The notes beneath the pieces were generated by a model, which saw only the letters and a program-made list of their open reading frames with translations, ran no database searches and was not told the origin of the DNA. The position numbers and the translations under genes are program-made. Shown here piece by piece: positions 8,901-17,446 of a stretch of DNA of 47,945 nt. Numbering within the stretch: position 1 is the first letter of the stretch; every line of letters begins with the position of its first letter. The DNA is from Patescibacteria group bacterium (GTDB lineage: Bacteria; Patescibacteriota; Minisyncoccia; Phycocordibacterales; UBA918): NCBI GenBank assembly GCA_039188945.1, contig JBCCYW010000006.1, positions 1 to 47,945 of the forward strand. Direction: 5' to 3'.

Positions 8901-9362
8901 GTCACCGCCCTCACTCTTGAATCCGCACCCGAAGCTACTAAGGAACAAAAGCTCACCTGGGAGAAAGACTTACTTGGTGTCTATGTTTCTGGCCATCCCC
9001 TGGAGCAATTTAAAGACGAAGTCGCCAAGCGCCCAACCATTAGCGCCATCAAAGCTGATACTCGTAACGGCATTCCAGTAGTCACTGTTGGTATGGTGGA
9101 AACCGTGCGTGAGCTTTTAACTAAAAAAGGTGACCGAATGGCGTTTGTGCAACTCGCAGATCAAAGCGACTCGATTGAAATGGTCGCTTTTCCGAACACC
9201 TACGCAGATCAAAAAGAGCTCCTGCAGCCAGGGCAATGTATTGCCGTCAAGGGTCGATTATCAATTCGTAATGATGAACCAACGATTGCAATTGAGCGAG
9301 TAAAATCTCTCAACGTACAAGAAAATACTCATGAAGAAGAGATGGTTCTAAGTAGTACGTAA
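5988..9362 (+). CDS. dnaE: DNA polymerase III alpha subunit
   Basis: HLHVHS PHP domain, RGSVAGS, FERFLNPER, PDIDMDF, YGFNKAHAASY, C-terminal OB fold. Confidence 0.98.
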   Translation: MSLSADFIHLHVHSMYSLLNAVPTTKELVKAAKADGQDALAITDAGALYGAIDFYQACMSEDIKPIIGLDAFLAPRTRFDKEHPTDKPRSRLVLLAKTFKGYQNLIELVTRSNIDGFYHKPRLDGEIIEKLKDDLICIIPSFAGEVAQALKDSLPERAAERLDWYKGVFGDDCYLEISHHPEIFGHNENQEKIKALAKETNTPLVAAHDVYYINPEDRLARETMVKIGTGGVVDTAADHDGAEDFSFKTQAQMKEWFSDVPEAIANTVKIAEQCNVEITLGMDAWVFPDYIIESGKEPDDELQVTAYEGVTWRGLSLEDEEVKKRLDYELDVIKMKGYAKYFLVVGDLLREARERGILTTIRGSVAGSLTTYVLGITNVNPLEYRLPFERFLNPERPSAPDIDMDFADNRRDEIISYAREKYGHDKVAQIGTFGTMMARAAVRDVARALGHSYSTGDRIAKLIPLGAQGFPMTIDRAMNEEPDLATLYKKDAESREVIDLAKQIEGRVRHLGVHAAGVVISPVPLNQYVPVQIDSKSGKQVTQYEMHSVGEDGTGLLKFDFLGIKNLAILADAVKRVKKIHNVDIDIENIPLDDEKTFAMLARGETMGLFQLNGSGMTAFLKQLQPSSIHDINAMVALYRPGPMESIPQYIERKHNPALITFLDERMETILDRSYGIITYQDDVMMISIELAGYSWLEADKLRKAMGKKIPEVMAAEKDKLMEGLQAKGMSEQKCEQLWKLIEPFAAYGFNKAHAASYGRVAYQTAYMKANYPVEYMSAVLTADSGDTEKISEIIHECERMEIEVLPPDINESYSDFSVVPLQNQNSATRGSQNTARRGDDEQATESYRAYGEGEVKESTKSSGESGWRGRIRFGLTTIKNFGAGIAETIIEERKASGAYESMQDFLSRVHDKNLNKKSLEALVMTGAFDIFEERGMLYANIDNMLAYNREHVAGKESNQDSLFAGLGDSSVTALTLESAPEATKEQKLTWEKDLLGVYVSGHPLEQFKDEVAKRPTISAIKADTRNGIPVVTVGMVETVRELLTKKGDRMAFVQLADQSDSIEMVAFPNTYADQKELLQPGQCIAVKGRLSIRNDEPTIAIERVKSLNVQENTHEEEMVLSST
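8448..8597 (+). repeat. in-frame palindromic insertion within dnaE (RPE-like)
   Basis: About 50 codons between DFSVV and RIRFGL. Stem TAGTCAGA-CACCGCTAGAC / GTCTAGTGGTG-TCTGGCTG with apical CGTAT-cgagc-ATACG. Confidence 0.7.
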
Positions 9363-9365
9363 AGC

Positions 9366-9782
9366 ATGACTGAAGACCGTTATTCACAATTTGTTATAAA
9401 ACAATTCAAGCACTGGAAATTGCAAATATTTGAAAATCAAGGCTACTTAGGGAGATGCATTGTTTGGTGTGACAGGGAAAATGCTCTAGAACTAACGGAC
9501 GTGACTGAGGAAGAGTATTTGGAGCTATTGGAAATTATAAAGTTGTGGCAACAAGCGACAAAGGATTGTTTTGAAGCTGAATGGCACAACTATTCGTTTT
9601 TGGGAAATATCACTGCACACCTTCATGGTCATTTAGTTCCACGCTATAGTGGATCACGAACATTTGCAGGTATCACATTCACCGACGCATTATGGGGACA
9701 ACGTTACCAAACAGATACTTCTTTTGTGACACCGGAACCTGTTCTTAAAAAAATCCAGAAAGAGTTAACAGATTGGTTCTAA
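9366..9782 (+). CDS. HIT family nucleotide hydrolase
   Basis: HLHGHLVPRY histidine triad; visibly AT-richer than dnaE. Confidence 0.9.
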   Translation: MTEDRYSQFVIKQFKHWKLQIFENQGYLGRCIVWCDRENALELTDVTEEEYLELLEIIKLWQQATKDCFEAEWHNYSFLGNITAHLHGHLVPRYSGSRTFAGITFTDALWGQRYQTDTSFVTPEPVLKKIQKELTDWF

Positions 9783-9783
9783 T

Positions 9784-9811
9784 TTGACATCATAGAATTA
9801 ATTAGTAGGAT
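9784..9811 (+). promoter_or_regulatory. putative sigma70 promoter for the thrS leader
   Basis: TTGACA-16 nt-TAGGAT. Confidence 0.5.
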
Positions 9812-9821
9812 TACAGAAACA

Positions 9822-9983
9822 GGGATTGTGGCGCTTACCAACCGCCAGAACATTCGGGAGAACCTCCCCTAACCTGTCACAATGAAGTGCAGTTTGGCAT
9901 ACCAAACTGAAGCTCGGTGGAACCGCGACAAGATCGTCCGAGTAGTTACGCAACATTTTGTGTACCTACTCGGACGTTTTTTT
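9822..9983 (+). promoter_or_regulatory. T-box riboswitch (Thr) with transcription terminator
   Basis: Stem III CAGTTTGG/CCAAACTG; antiterminator CTCGG-TGGAACC-GCGA..TCGT-CCGAG; overlapping terminator CGTCCGAGTAG/CTACTCGGACG + T7; ACC codons in the 5' stem; lies upstream of thrS. Confidence 0.85.
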
Positions 9984-10010
9984 ATTTACCAGTTAACAAC
10001 ACCCTGTCGC

Positions 10011-10140
10011 TTACTACAAACCTCCTCTAGACACGCGTCCTCGCCTCCAGCGGTCTCGGCGCTCTGCTCACTCGATTTTCACCCAATTGGGTGATCAAGC
10101 AAAATCGAATTGCGCAAGGTCTAGAAAAGGTTTGTAGTAA
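10011..10140. repeat. palindromic element in the thrS leader
   Basis: TTACTACAAACCT..TCTAGAC / GTCTAGA..AGGTTTGTAGTAA with inner TCGATTTT/AAAATCGA and CACCCAATTGGGTG. Confidence 0.75.
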
Positions 10141-10150
10141 CCGATTACCC

Positions 10151-10238
10151 TGTCGGCAACTTACTAGCTTGGCGAAGCATCCGCAACGACAATACTCGGA
10201 GCGAGGACCAGCTGAGAGAAGTTAGTAGGTTGCCGACA
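10151..10238 (+). repeat. second palindromic element in the thrS leader
   Basis: 20-bp stem TGTCGGCAACTTACTAGCTT/AAGTTAGTAGGTTGCCGACA with two G-U pairs. Confidence 0.75.
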
Positions 10239-10256
10239 AAAGAACCCCATAAATCT

Positions 10257-12056
10257 ATGAACAGACCAATCGAACACAAACGACACACGCTTGCTCATCT
10301 CTTGGCAGCAGCGGTGCTGCAAGAATACCCGCACGCCAAAGTCACCCTGGGGCCAGCCATTGATGATGGTTTTTACTATGACTTTGATTTCTCTGGTGGT
10401 GAGGCGCCTGGTGAAGATGATCTGAAGAAGCTGCAGAAGACCATGAAAAAGTTGGTCAACAAATGGACTGATTGGACCGTGGAAGAAGTGTCTGCCGAAG
10501 AAGCAAGGCAACGCTTTGCCGGTAATGAGTATAAACTTGAACTCATTGATGACATTGCTGAGAAAGGTGAAGCTATTACCCTCTACACCGTCGGTGATTT
10601 TATGGATCTGTGTCGAGGTGGTCACGCAGAGAACCCGAGCAAAGACATTGCCATGGACGCCTTTAAGCTCGATAAAATTGCTGGTGCCTATTGGCGAGGT
10701 AGTGAGAAAAACCCAATGCTTACACGCATCTATGGCATTGCGTTTGACACCAAAGAAGAGCTCGAGGCATATGAACAGCAGCGTGAAGAGGCTAAAAAGC
10801 GCGACCATCGCAAGCTCGGCAAAGAACTAGACATCTTCATGATCAATGAGGAGGTTGGTACCGGTTTACCAATGTACCTACCAGCCGGAGCCACGATTCG
10901 GCAGACCCTAGAGCGATACTGCTATCAAGAAGCGAAGAAAGCTGGCTATCAGTACGTGTACACGCCGCACATTGGTAAGTCAGACCTCTTTGCCCGTAGC
11001 GGTCATCTTGATCATTACAAAGATGGCATGTTCTCGCCAATTGATATGACCAACCTTGATGGTGAAGGAGCAGACACCGAGGGCAAGGTTGAGCAGTTCT
11101 ATCTCAAACCAATGAACTGTCCGATGCACCACTATATCTATCTGAATCAGCCACGCAGCTATCGAGATCTTCCGTATCGCTTGTATGAGTATGGGACCGT
11201 CTACCGCTATGAAGATAGCGGTACACTCAGCGGTTTGATTCGAGTTCGCGGGTTTACCCAGAATGATGCCCACGTGTACTGTCGCACGACCCAACTCAAA
11301 GAAGTGATCGGAGAAGCAATCACTCGCTTCCAACAGGCATATACTGACATTGGTATTACTGACTACAAGATGCGTTTCAGCCTACCTGACTTTGAGAACG
11401 AACCGGAAAAGTTTGATGAAGAAACCCAGGAGTGGATAGACTCAGTGGCAGCTATGCGTCAGGCCTTGGATGAGCTTGGGGTTGAGTACTACGACGCCAT
11501 CGGTGAAGCCGCCTTTTATGGACCAAAGATCGATATCATGACCAAGAACGTGAACGGCAAAGAAGACAGTCTGTCGACCATCCAGGTTGATTACTCGATT
11601 GCTCCGAAGTTTGGCATCACCTACACCAACGAGAACGGCGAAGACGAAGTCCCGGTCATCATTCACATGGCACTCATGGGATCGATCGATCGCTTCATGG
11701 CGTTTATGATCGAGATGACTGGTGGCCGTCTGCCGTTTTGGCTCGCGGCAACCCAGATCAAAATCCTTACAGTGAACAATGAGGAGGAGACCTTGGCGTA
11801 CGTTGAGAAAGTCAGCGCGATTCTTGACGATACTGTCTTGATGGAACCGCTTCGGTACAACGAAATCCGTTACGAGGTAGATAATCGAAACGAATCACTC
11901 GGTAAGAAAATTCGCGAAGCTGAGAGCTTGAAGATTCCTATGATGCTGATTGTTGGACCAAAGGATGTTGAGGCAAACACGGTCAACGTCCGTCATGGTG
12001 GAGAAGAAAAAACCGTGTCCCTTGATGAGTTACAAGCCTATGTTCAAGGGTTGTAA
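10257..12056 (+). CDS. thrS: threonine--tRNA ligase (no N-terminal TGS domain)
   Basis: RHTLAHLL, DLCRGGH, RDHRKLG, KPMNCPMH, RVRGFTQNDAH, AFYGPKID. Start set at the ATG at 10257. Confidence 0.98.
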   Translation: MNRPIEHKRHTLAHLLAAAVLQEYPHAKVTLGPAIDDGFYYDFDFSGGEAPGEDDLKKLQKTMKKLVNKWTDWTVEEVSAEEARQRFAGNEYKLELIDDIAEKGEAITLYTVGDFMDLCRGGHAENPSKDIAMDAFKLDKIAGAYWRGSEKNPMLTRIYGIAFDTKEELEAYEQQREEAKKRDHRKLGKELDIFMINEEVGTGLPMYLPAGATIRQTLERYCYQEAKKAGYQYVYTPHIGKSDLFARSGHLDHYKDGMFSPIDMTNLDGEGADTEGKVEQFYLKPMNCPMHHYIYLNQPRSYRDLPYRLYEYGTVYRYEDSGTLSGLIRVRGFTQNDAHVYCRTTQLKEVIGEAITRFQQAYTDIGITDYKMRFSLPDFENEPEKFDEETQEWIDSVAAMRQALDELGVEYYDAIGEAAFYGPKIDIMTKNVNGKEDSLSTIQVDYSIAPKFGITYTNENGEDEVPVIIHMALMGSIDRFMAFMIEMTGGRLPFWLAATQIKILTVNNEEETLAYVEKVSAILDDTVLMEPLRYNEIRYEVDNRNESLGKKIREAESLKIPMMLIVGPKDVEANTVNVRHGGEEKTVSLDELQAYVQGL

Positions 12057-12067
12057 GCCAGGCATCC

Positions 12068-12108
12068 AGGCACGAAAAAACCGGCCGCTGGCCGGTTTTT
12101 TCGTGCCT
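12068..12108. terminator. bidirectional terminator
   Basis: Perfect AGGCACGAAAAAACCGGCC/GGCCGGTTTTTTCGTGCCT between convergent genes. Confidence 0.85.
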
Positions 12109-12119
12109 CATCTATCACT

Positions 12120-15100
12120 TTATGAAAGCGCCTTAACTGCTTTCATAATAGACATTTTCACTGCTTCTTCTTCGGTAGAATAGGTACCATCAAGCGCTGA
12201 AGTAAGAGCGGCAATTGCAGCTTTGAGTTGCTCGTCAGAAAACTTATTTCCTTCTCCTTCAAGTAACTGAGACACTACTACGTTCTGTGAACCATGTCGT
12301 TTTCGGTAGAGAGCATCCAGGTCAGCCGCAGCATCAGCAAGCGAGAACATCGGTCGGTTACCGATCATCTGGTACGCCGCTGTCACATTACCAGTCACGA
12401 TCGCCTCAGCCAGTGAGCTTGTACCGGTTGGTACAGCTTTAGCGGCAGTTGGATCAGACTTCGCAGAAGCACCAATATACTTCTTACACAACTCCCCCAT
12501 GCGAGTTTTGTTGATCACCACCCAACCATCTTCTGCTGGGAAGGTCGCTTTTGCAGCAGTAATGAGTTCTTCCATATGTGCAACTCGTTCCGCTTCACGT
12601 GGAAAGGCGCTCACAAAGTGACGAATTGCATCACTTGAGAGTAGTACCTTATGCTCATGAGCTAGATCCTCAAGAGCTGACAGGCGTGCATCACTTGATT
12701 CATCAAGCGCTACCTCCTCTGTCTCTACATAATTAGCGTAACCAATGGTTGGTGTGCCAGTCGGGAGATTACTCGGTACTGTCGGTGCTGCTACACTGGC
12801 CACAACCGGCGCTTCTGTCTCTTCAGGAGCCTCATCTCGAACAAAGAGATCAGGGTTAATTTCATGCTGCTCTCTAGTCTCTGTAGCGATTACCGGAGCA
12901 GCGGCTAACGAAAAACCTGCAATCGAATCACGGCGGATAACGAGAATGTACGTTACGAAGAGTGCCCAAGCGATCAAGAGTGCGTAGAAGATGAAGGTCA
13001 AGATTGGACCAGCCTCAAAACCAGTGTATGGCGTCGCTGCTAGCGAGATACCAGCAACTAGTGGCTGCTGGTCTCGAATCTCAATCACCGTTACATCATT
13101 TTCTACCTCCACTTCAACTCGACACTCACGATCACGACGACCACGTTCAGCAGTCAGGGTGTATTCAGTGTCACGGTCTGGACGAAGCGTGATTGATCCA
13201 TCAAGGAGCTCATCTTTATCGTCACCAAGTAGATCGTCAGTTGAGATAATCACGTTGCCGCGATCGTCTTCAATGATAATGTCATTGGTTCGTGACGTCT
13301 CCCATCGGAGGGTAATTTCCTCTCCTCGAGTAATACTGGTGTCAGAGATATCAAGTTCACAACGTGGACTTGAAGAGCCCCCACCTCCGCCGCCACCGCC
13401 AGAACTGACGTCAACCGATACTGGACAGGTGATAGTATCAACACCGTCTGTCGCAGTCATCACGAAGGTCGTATCAACATCAGGACTTACTGTTTCAGAT
13501 CCTGTGAGATCAGTACTGGTAAGACCACTAATTGAGAGGCTGGTAATACCGGTTGTCGTCCAATCAAGCGTGACTGACTGACCGCGGTTGATGCTCGTGT
13601 CTGAGATAGTAAAGCTGACATTTGCCGCACACGAGATCGGGGTTGGCTCGTCTTCTTCTACATCAATTGCTACCGTACAAGCATTTTGATCACCATCAAG
13701 TTGTGAAGCGGTGAGGGTAAATACCGTATCACTGGTCACATTCACAGACGTGGTTCCAGTACCATCTACTGAACCAACGATTGGTGTAATCTCAACATTG
13801 TCAGCTCGAAGGGTTTCCCAACTCAGTTCTACATCGCCCCCACCAATTGGCAGACTAGTGCGATCAGCACCGAAGGCAACACACTCAGGAACTGGGTTCG
13901 TTTCATCTTCGACCTTAAGCGTTACTTCACACGAGTCTTGCTGACCATTAGTGCCAAAGGCAGTGAGGATATAGGTAGTATCTTCTAGTGGCGTCACTGG
14001 AAGTGAACCATCTTCGTCAACCTCACCAACACCGTTGTTGATCACCACCCGGTTGGTATTAGTTGTTTCCCAGGTAAGGGTCGCTGTACCACCACGAAGG
14101 ATCATCTGTGGATTTACCTCAAAGAGGTCACATGATGGAGCTGGTTCAACTGGTTCAGGATCAAGCGCTCCACAGATAGGTTGGAGGCTATTCGGTGAAC
14201 TGGTGTCTGGGAAGACAGCGTGAATTCCTTGGGCACCAGTAGCAGCTTCATTGAGGACAAAGCCAGTCTGGACCTGCTCGTTTACCAGCGCTTCTCGAAC
14301 TCGATCAGGAATATCTGAGTGGCTGTTGGTAGTCACCGTACCAGACGGAGTGACCAGTCCGAGCACATAACGCTCATTTGGTTGCGTTACATTTTCGCGA
14401 CCAATATAACCATCCCAACCAACAAGTGTTACGTCGTATGTACCAGCCGGCACGTTTACGTCAACAATACTCGTTCGTGAATTGGCTTCATCCTGATTGC
14501 TACGGATGCGCTCATCAGCAAAATCGATAATGATGCGACCGTCTTCAGGAAGGAGTGGACAGCTTGGCGGTTCTGGGTTTTCTTTTCGTACGTGTACGTT
14601 AGCGTGACACTGTACCTGCTTGCTATAACCAGTCGCAGTAAGGGTGTATCGCTGGTCACTAAAGAGTGGGTCGGTCGTGCCTGAATCATTCAGTGCAACT
14701 GAACCAAAATCGGTAAGTGTTACCGTATCAGCATTGGTGGTAGTCCAGGTAAATGAGGCTCGATCACCTTCATCAATTGTTTGGTTTTTTGGCGTAAGTG
14801 TACATTCGGGATGCTTCGCAACTGGCGGCAGACACTGTACGTAGACTGTCGCGTTACACTTGTGCTTGCCATCAGCTGACTTAGCTTCAAGCTTGTAGGT
14901 GGTATTAACCTGTACGTTAGTGTAAGTACGTGAACCCTTGTCTCCACTTACCAATTCGCCGTTGAGGTAAATACTGTCATAACCCTTGGTATCCCAAGAA
15001 ATAGTAACGCTGTTACCAACGTAAATAACCTCTGAACTAGCGCGCACTCGACAAAATCGATGTGAGACACTTTGATGGTCATTGTCTGGAATATCCAGAT

Positions 15101-15521
15101 CAGGAATGTCTAAGTCTGGGATATCGAGACTTGGGATACCAAGGCTTGGAATGTCTAGAGTTGGTACCGTCAATGACGGAGTATCGAGACTTGGTACATC
15201 GAGTTCCTTAGGGGTTTCAAGCTCCGGCACCTCGATCGCAGCCGGCACTTCTAGCTCTGGAACTTCGAGCTCCTTTGGCTCAACTTCGGGCACCTCGATC
15301 TCTGGCGCTTCCAGTTCTGGCACATCGAGTGATGGTGTGGCAAGATCTGGAATCTCCAAACCACCTTGATTGGTGGCTTCGACTGCGTCTGGAGTAAGAA
15401 TAGTGAGCTCATTGCGAGGATCATACGATCCAACCGCAAAGAGTCCTACGATAAACACTCCCAAAGCAATGGTTGGGATGAAAATGTTTTTAGTCATAGT
15501 TTTAGTAGTAATTGAGTTCAT
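12120..15521 (-). CDS. large surface protein with tandem Cys-paired Ig/PKD-like domains, internal TPYTG + TM and a C-terminal cytoplasmic domain
   Basis: N-terminal hydrophobic segment, (L/I)(D/E)xP repeats, about six repeats of C..TLxWxT..T(Y/F)xLTA..C, then LAATPYTG-TM-RRD and about 270 further residues. Confidence 0.85.
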   Translation of the reverse strand: MNSITTKTMTKNIFIPTIALGVFIVGLFAVGSYDPRNELTILTPDAVEATNQGGLEIPDLATPSLDVPELEAPEIEVPEVEPKELEVPELEVPAAIEVPELETPKELDVPSLDTPSLTVPTLDIPSLGIPSLDIPDLDIPDLDIPDNDHQSVSHRFCRVRASSEVIYVGNSVTISWDTKGYDSIYLNGELVSGDKGSRTYTNVQVNTTYKLEAKSADGKHKCNATVYVQCLPPVAKHPECTLTPKNQTIDEGDRASFTWTTTNADTVTLTDFGSVALNDSGTTDPLFSDQRYTLTATGYSKQVQCHANVHVRKENPEPPSCPLLPEDGRIIIDFADERIRSNQDEANSRTSIVDVNVPAGTYDVTLVGWDGYIGRENVTQPNERYVLGLVTPSGTVTTNSHSDIPDRVREALVNEQVQTGFVLNEAATGAQGIHAVFPDTSSPNSLQPICGALDPEPVEPAPSCDLFEVNPQMILRGGTATLTWETTNTNRVVINNGVGEVDEDGSLPVTPLEDTTYILTAFGTNGQQDSCEVTLKVEDETNPVPECVAFGADRTSLPIGGGDVELSWETLRADNVEITPIVGSVDGTGTTSVNVTSDTVFTLTASQLDGDQNACTVAIDVEEDEPTPISCAANVSFTISDTSINRGQSVTLDWTTTGITSLSISGLTSTDLTGSETVSPDVDTTFVMTATDGVDTITCPVSVDVSSGGGGGGGGSSSPRCELDISDTSITRGEEITLRWETSRTNDIIIEDDRGNVIISTDDLLGDDKDELLDGSITLRPDRDTEYTLTAERGRRDRECRVEVEVENDVTVIEIRDQQPLVAGISLAATPYTGFEAGPILTFIFYALLIAWALFVTYILVIRRDSIAGFSLAAAPVIATETREQHEINPDLFVRDEAPEETEAPVVASVAAPTVPSNLPTGTPTIGYANYVETEEVALDESSDARLSALEDLAHEHKVLLSSDAIRHFVSAFPREAERVAHMEELITAAKATFPAEDGWVVINKTRMGELCKKYIGASAKSDPTAAKAVPTGTSSLAEAIVTGNVTAAYQMIGNRPMFSLADAAADLDALYRKRHGSQNVVVSQLLEGEGNKFSDEQLKAAIAALTSALDGTYSTEEEAVKMSIMKAVKALS
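15084..15359 (-). repeat. pentapeptide (L/I)-(D/E)-(V/I/T)-P-(E/D/S) coding repeat
   Basis: LEIPD LATPS LDVPE LEAPE IEVPE ... LDIPS LGIPS LDIPD LDIPD LDIPD. Confidence 0.9.
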
Positions 15522-15711
15522 AAACTTGATACTCCCACCTACATAACGCGAGAGTAATAAAGGCTATGAAACAAAAGAGCGAGAGAACAAACGGGCCGAA
15601 GTTACGAGAACTTCCCCATCAAACGTTGCTATGTTTTATAACATTTTTATTAATTTGTCAATATTTCCACTGGCCAAGGATTTAAACGGTATGTTTCAAT
15701 ACTTGGTAGTG

Positions 15712-15748
15712 GAGGGGGCCAGAAAAGCACTGCTTTTCTGGCCCCCTC
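15712..15748. terminator. 17-bp perfect hairpin after the orphan lipoprotein gene
   Basis: GAGGGGGCCAGAAAAGC-act-GCTTTTCTGGCCCCCTC. Confidence 0.65.
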
Positions 15749-15752
15749 AATC

Positions 15753-16442
15753 TCAACACGGCTCATTCTGCGTTGACACCTGCAGTTTGGCTCGATAGAC
15801 GTATGTCCGGGACTTTTCGTCATACTGGCGATACGCCAGGTCCCTAAGTCGATCGCGTCGAAGATATGGCTGCCGCATCCCCTTTTCTGTACCAGCTTTC
15901 ACAGACAGAAATGGTGGGTTGGCTGACTGATACTCATCAGCTACAAAATCTTCGCGTCGATTGTTTGAAAACTCTATGAAGACGACTCCATCGTCTGGCA
16001 TTGTCAGTGTAACGATGCCGAGTTTCCGATCGCCATAGAGCGGTGTCAGTTCCTGAACCGATCCATTAAACTTACCGAAGAACCGAACTCCCCGAAGCCT
16101 ATGGAAGTAATAGTCTTTTCGCTTGAAGAAGCCACTTCCTATCGAGACATCATCAAAGCTGGATTCTTGGTCGTCTAAGTTCAACTCGACCAGGGTGCAA
16201 CGAGTTGGGCCTTTACCATCATGAGTGAACCCGATCACCGCATAGGCTTCTTTTGGAGCCTCGCTTTGAGCGGATTCTTCCGGCGTAATCAACCGATCTC
16301 CAGAAGCAATGTCTCGTAGGACATCTCCGGCAGAAAGATCCAGTACCTGGCCACCGTATGGTGTGCCTACCTGTACCGTGCAGCCTCCTGCGATCATAAG
16401 ACCGACAAAAGCGGAGGCTCTGATGATTGACATAACGTTCAT
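15753..16442 (-). CDS. hypothetical exported protein, possible lipoprotein
   Basis: AAAGGAGG SD; signal-like N-terminus ending IAGG|C. Confidence 0.65.
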   Translation of the reverse strand: MNVMSIIRASAFVGLMIAGGCTVQVGTPYGGQVLDLSAGDVLRDIASGDRLITPEESAQSEAPKEAYAVIGFTHDGKGPTRCTLVELNLDDQESSFDDVSIGSGFFKRKDYYFHRLRGVRFFGKFNGSVQELTPLYGDRKLGIVTLTMPDDGVVFIEFSNNRREDFVADEYQSANPPFLSVKAGTEKGMRQPYLRRDRLRDLAYRQYDEKSRTYVYRAKLQVSTQNEPC

Positions 16443-16578
16443 TGTTCAGGCCCTCCTTTGGCCAAGTTTCAGTTTTTTGAGATTTTTGTGAAGAACTTCT
16501 TGATTCGCACTTCTTTGAGCGAATCTTCCGGAGGAATCGAACGAGGATAGTTCGGTTCCCAGCGGAAGCGCCGCTACT

Positions 16579-17310
16579 TTAGAGTGATCGGGTTTCGATG
16601 AGTTTTGACTCAACGATGTACCGGTCATCTTTACTCGCAAAGCTGTTACAGGTAGCGAGCGTGAGTCGTGGGCCAGTATTAGCAATTGGTACTGTTACCT
16701 CACTTGCCTTTGCCTGATAAACTCGCTCCACTCGGTAAACATATTCCATGTCTTCAGACTGAAGTCGGATCGTATCACCCCACTCAAGGTTCTGAATTCC
16801 GTTGAAGGCTTGGAAAAATTCGTTTAGCACATTTGGCAAGTAGCTGGAGTGAGCCAGTACGAAAATTGTTCCTTCGTTGGTAAACGTGGCTGAATCAGGG
16901 TGCCGTACCGCGCCAGTCAGAAGAGCTTCATCTAAATCAGCAATCGAGCGAGAGGTTGGGTTGTTAATTGGGATGGTGCGGTCAAGTCGATCAATAATGA
17001 TTTGGTTTGGCAGAGCCGCCACATCTGCCGAAACAACTTCATCAAGCAATGAGACAGCTCCGGCTTCATTATGAATTCGGTCTACTGGTTCAACTGGTGT
17101 GTCTTGATTTTCAACTGGTTCTGCTTCGGCTTGGGCTTCGGCAGTAGTATCAGTTGCCTGAATGACGTCTTCGGCTGGTGCCTCGGGAATAAAATCAATT
17201 GCAAACAAAAGACCGTAACTCAGTACAAACACTCCAGCAAACACAATGAAGAACGGGCCTTTTCGTCGCCACGCAGTTTCAATAAGAATGTTTGTGTCTG
17301 GGCTGTTCAT
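16579..17310 (-). CDS. sortase
   Basis: N-terminal TM; catalytic His (LAHS), TLATC and Arg (DRYIV); GD.I.L...Y.YRV fold motif. Confidence 0.93.
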   Translation of the reverse strand: MNSPDTNILIETAWRRKGPFFIVFAGVFVLSYGLLFAIDFIPEAPAEDVIQATDTTAEAQAEAEPVENQDTPVEPVDRIHNEAGAVSLLDEVVSADVAALPNQIIIDRLDRTIPINNPTSRSIADLDEALLTGAVRHPDSATFTNEGTIFVLAHSSYLPNVLNEFFQAFNGIQNLEWGDTIRLQSEDMEYVYRVERVYQAKASEVTVPIANTGPRLTLATCNSFASKDDRYIVESKLIETRSL

Positions 17311-17323
17311 AAGTAATGATTAT

Positions 17324-17352
17324 ATATTATCACGAAATAAGGCTTTTGTCAA
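17324..17352 (-). promoter_or_regulatory. putative sortase promoter
   Basis: TTGACA-17 nt-TAATAT with an upstream TG on the minus strand. Confidence 0.6.
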
Positions 17353-17408
17353 TGGTATAGGGGCTTGTTTTGCAACGCTTTCCTCTCGAGACTATCACTT
17401 TTCGCTTG

Positions 17409-17437
17409 TTGACATTTAAACTTATTCATGGTAGTGT
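17409..17437 (+). promoter_or_regulatory. putative divergent promoter
   Basis: TTGACA-17 nt-TAGTGT with TGn extension, 9 nt before the ATG at 17447. Confidence 0.6.
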
Positions 17438-17446
17438 TGCGCCACT

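Noticed and set aside
10230-10256. TTG start for thrS as given in the ORF track
   Set aside because: It lies within the 3' arm of the hairpin element; the ATG at 10257 fits better.
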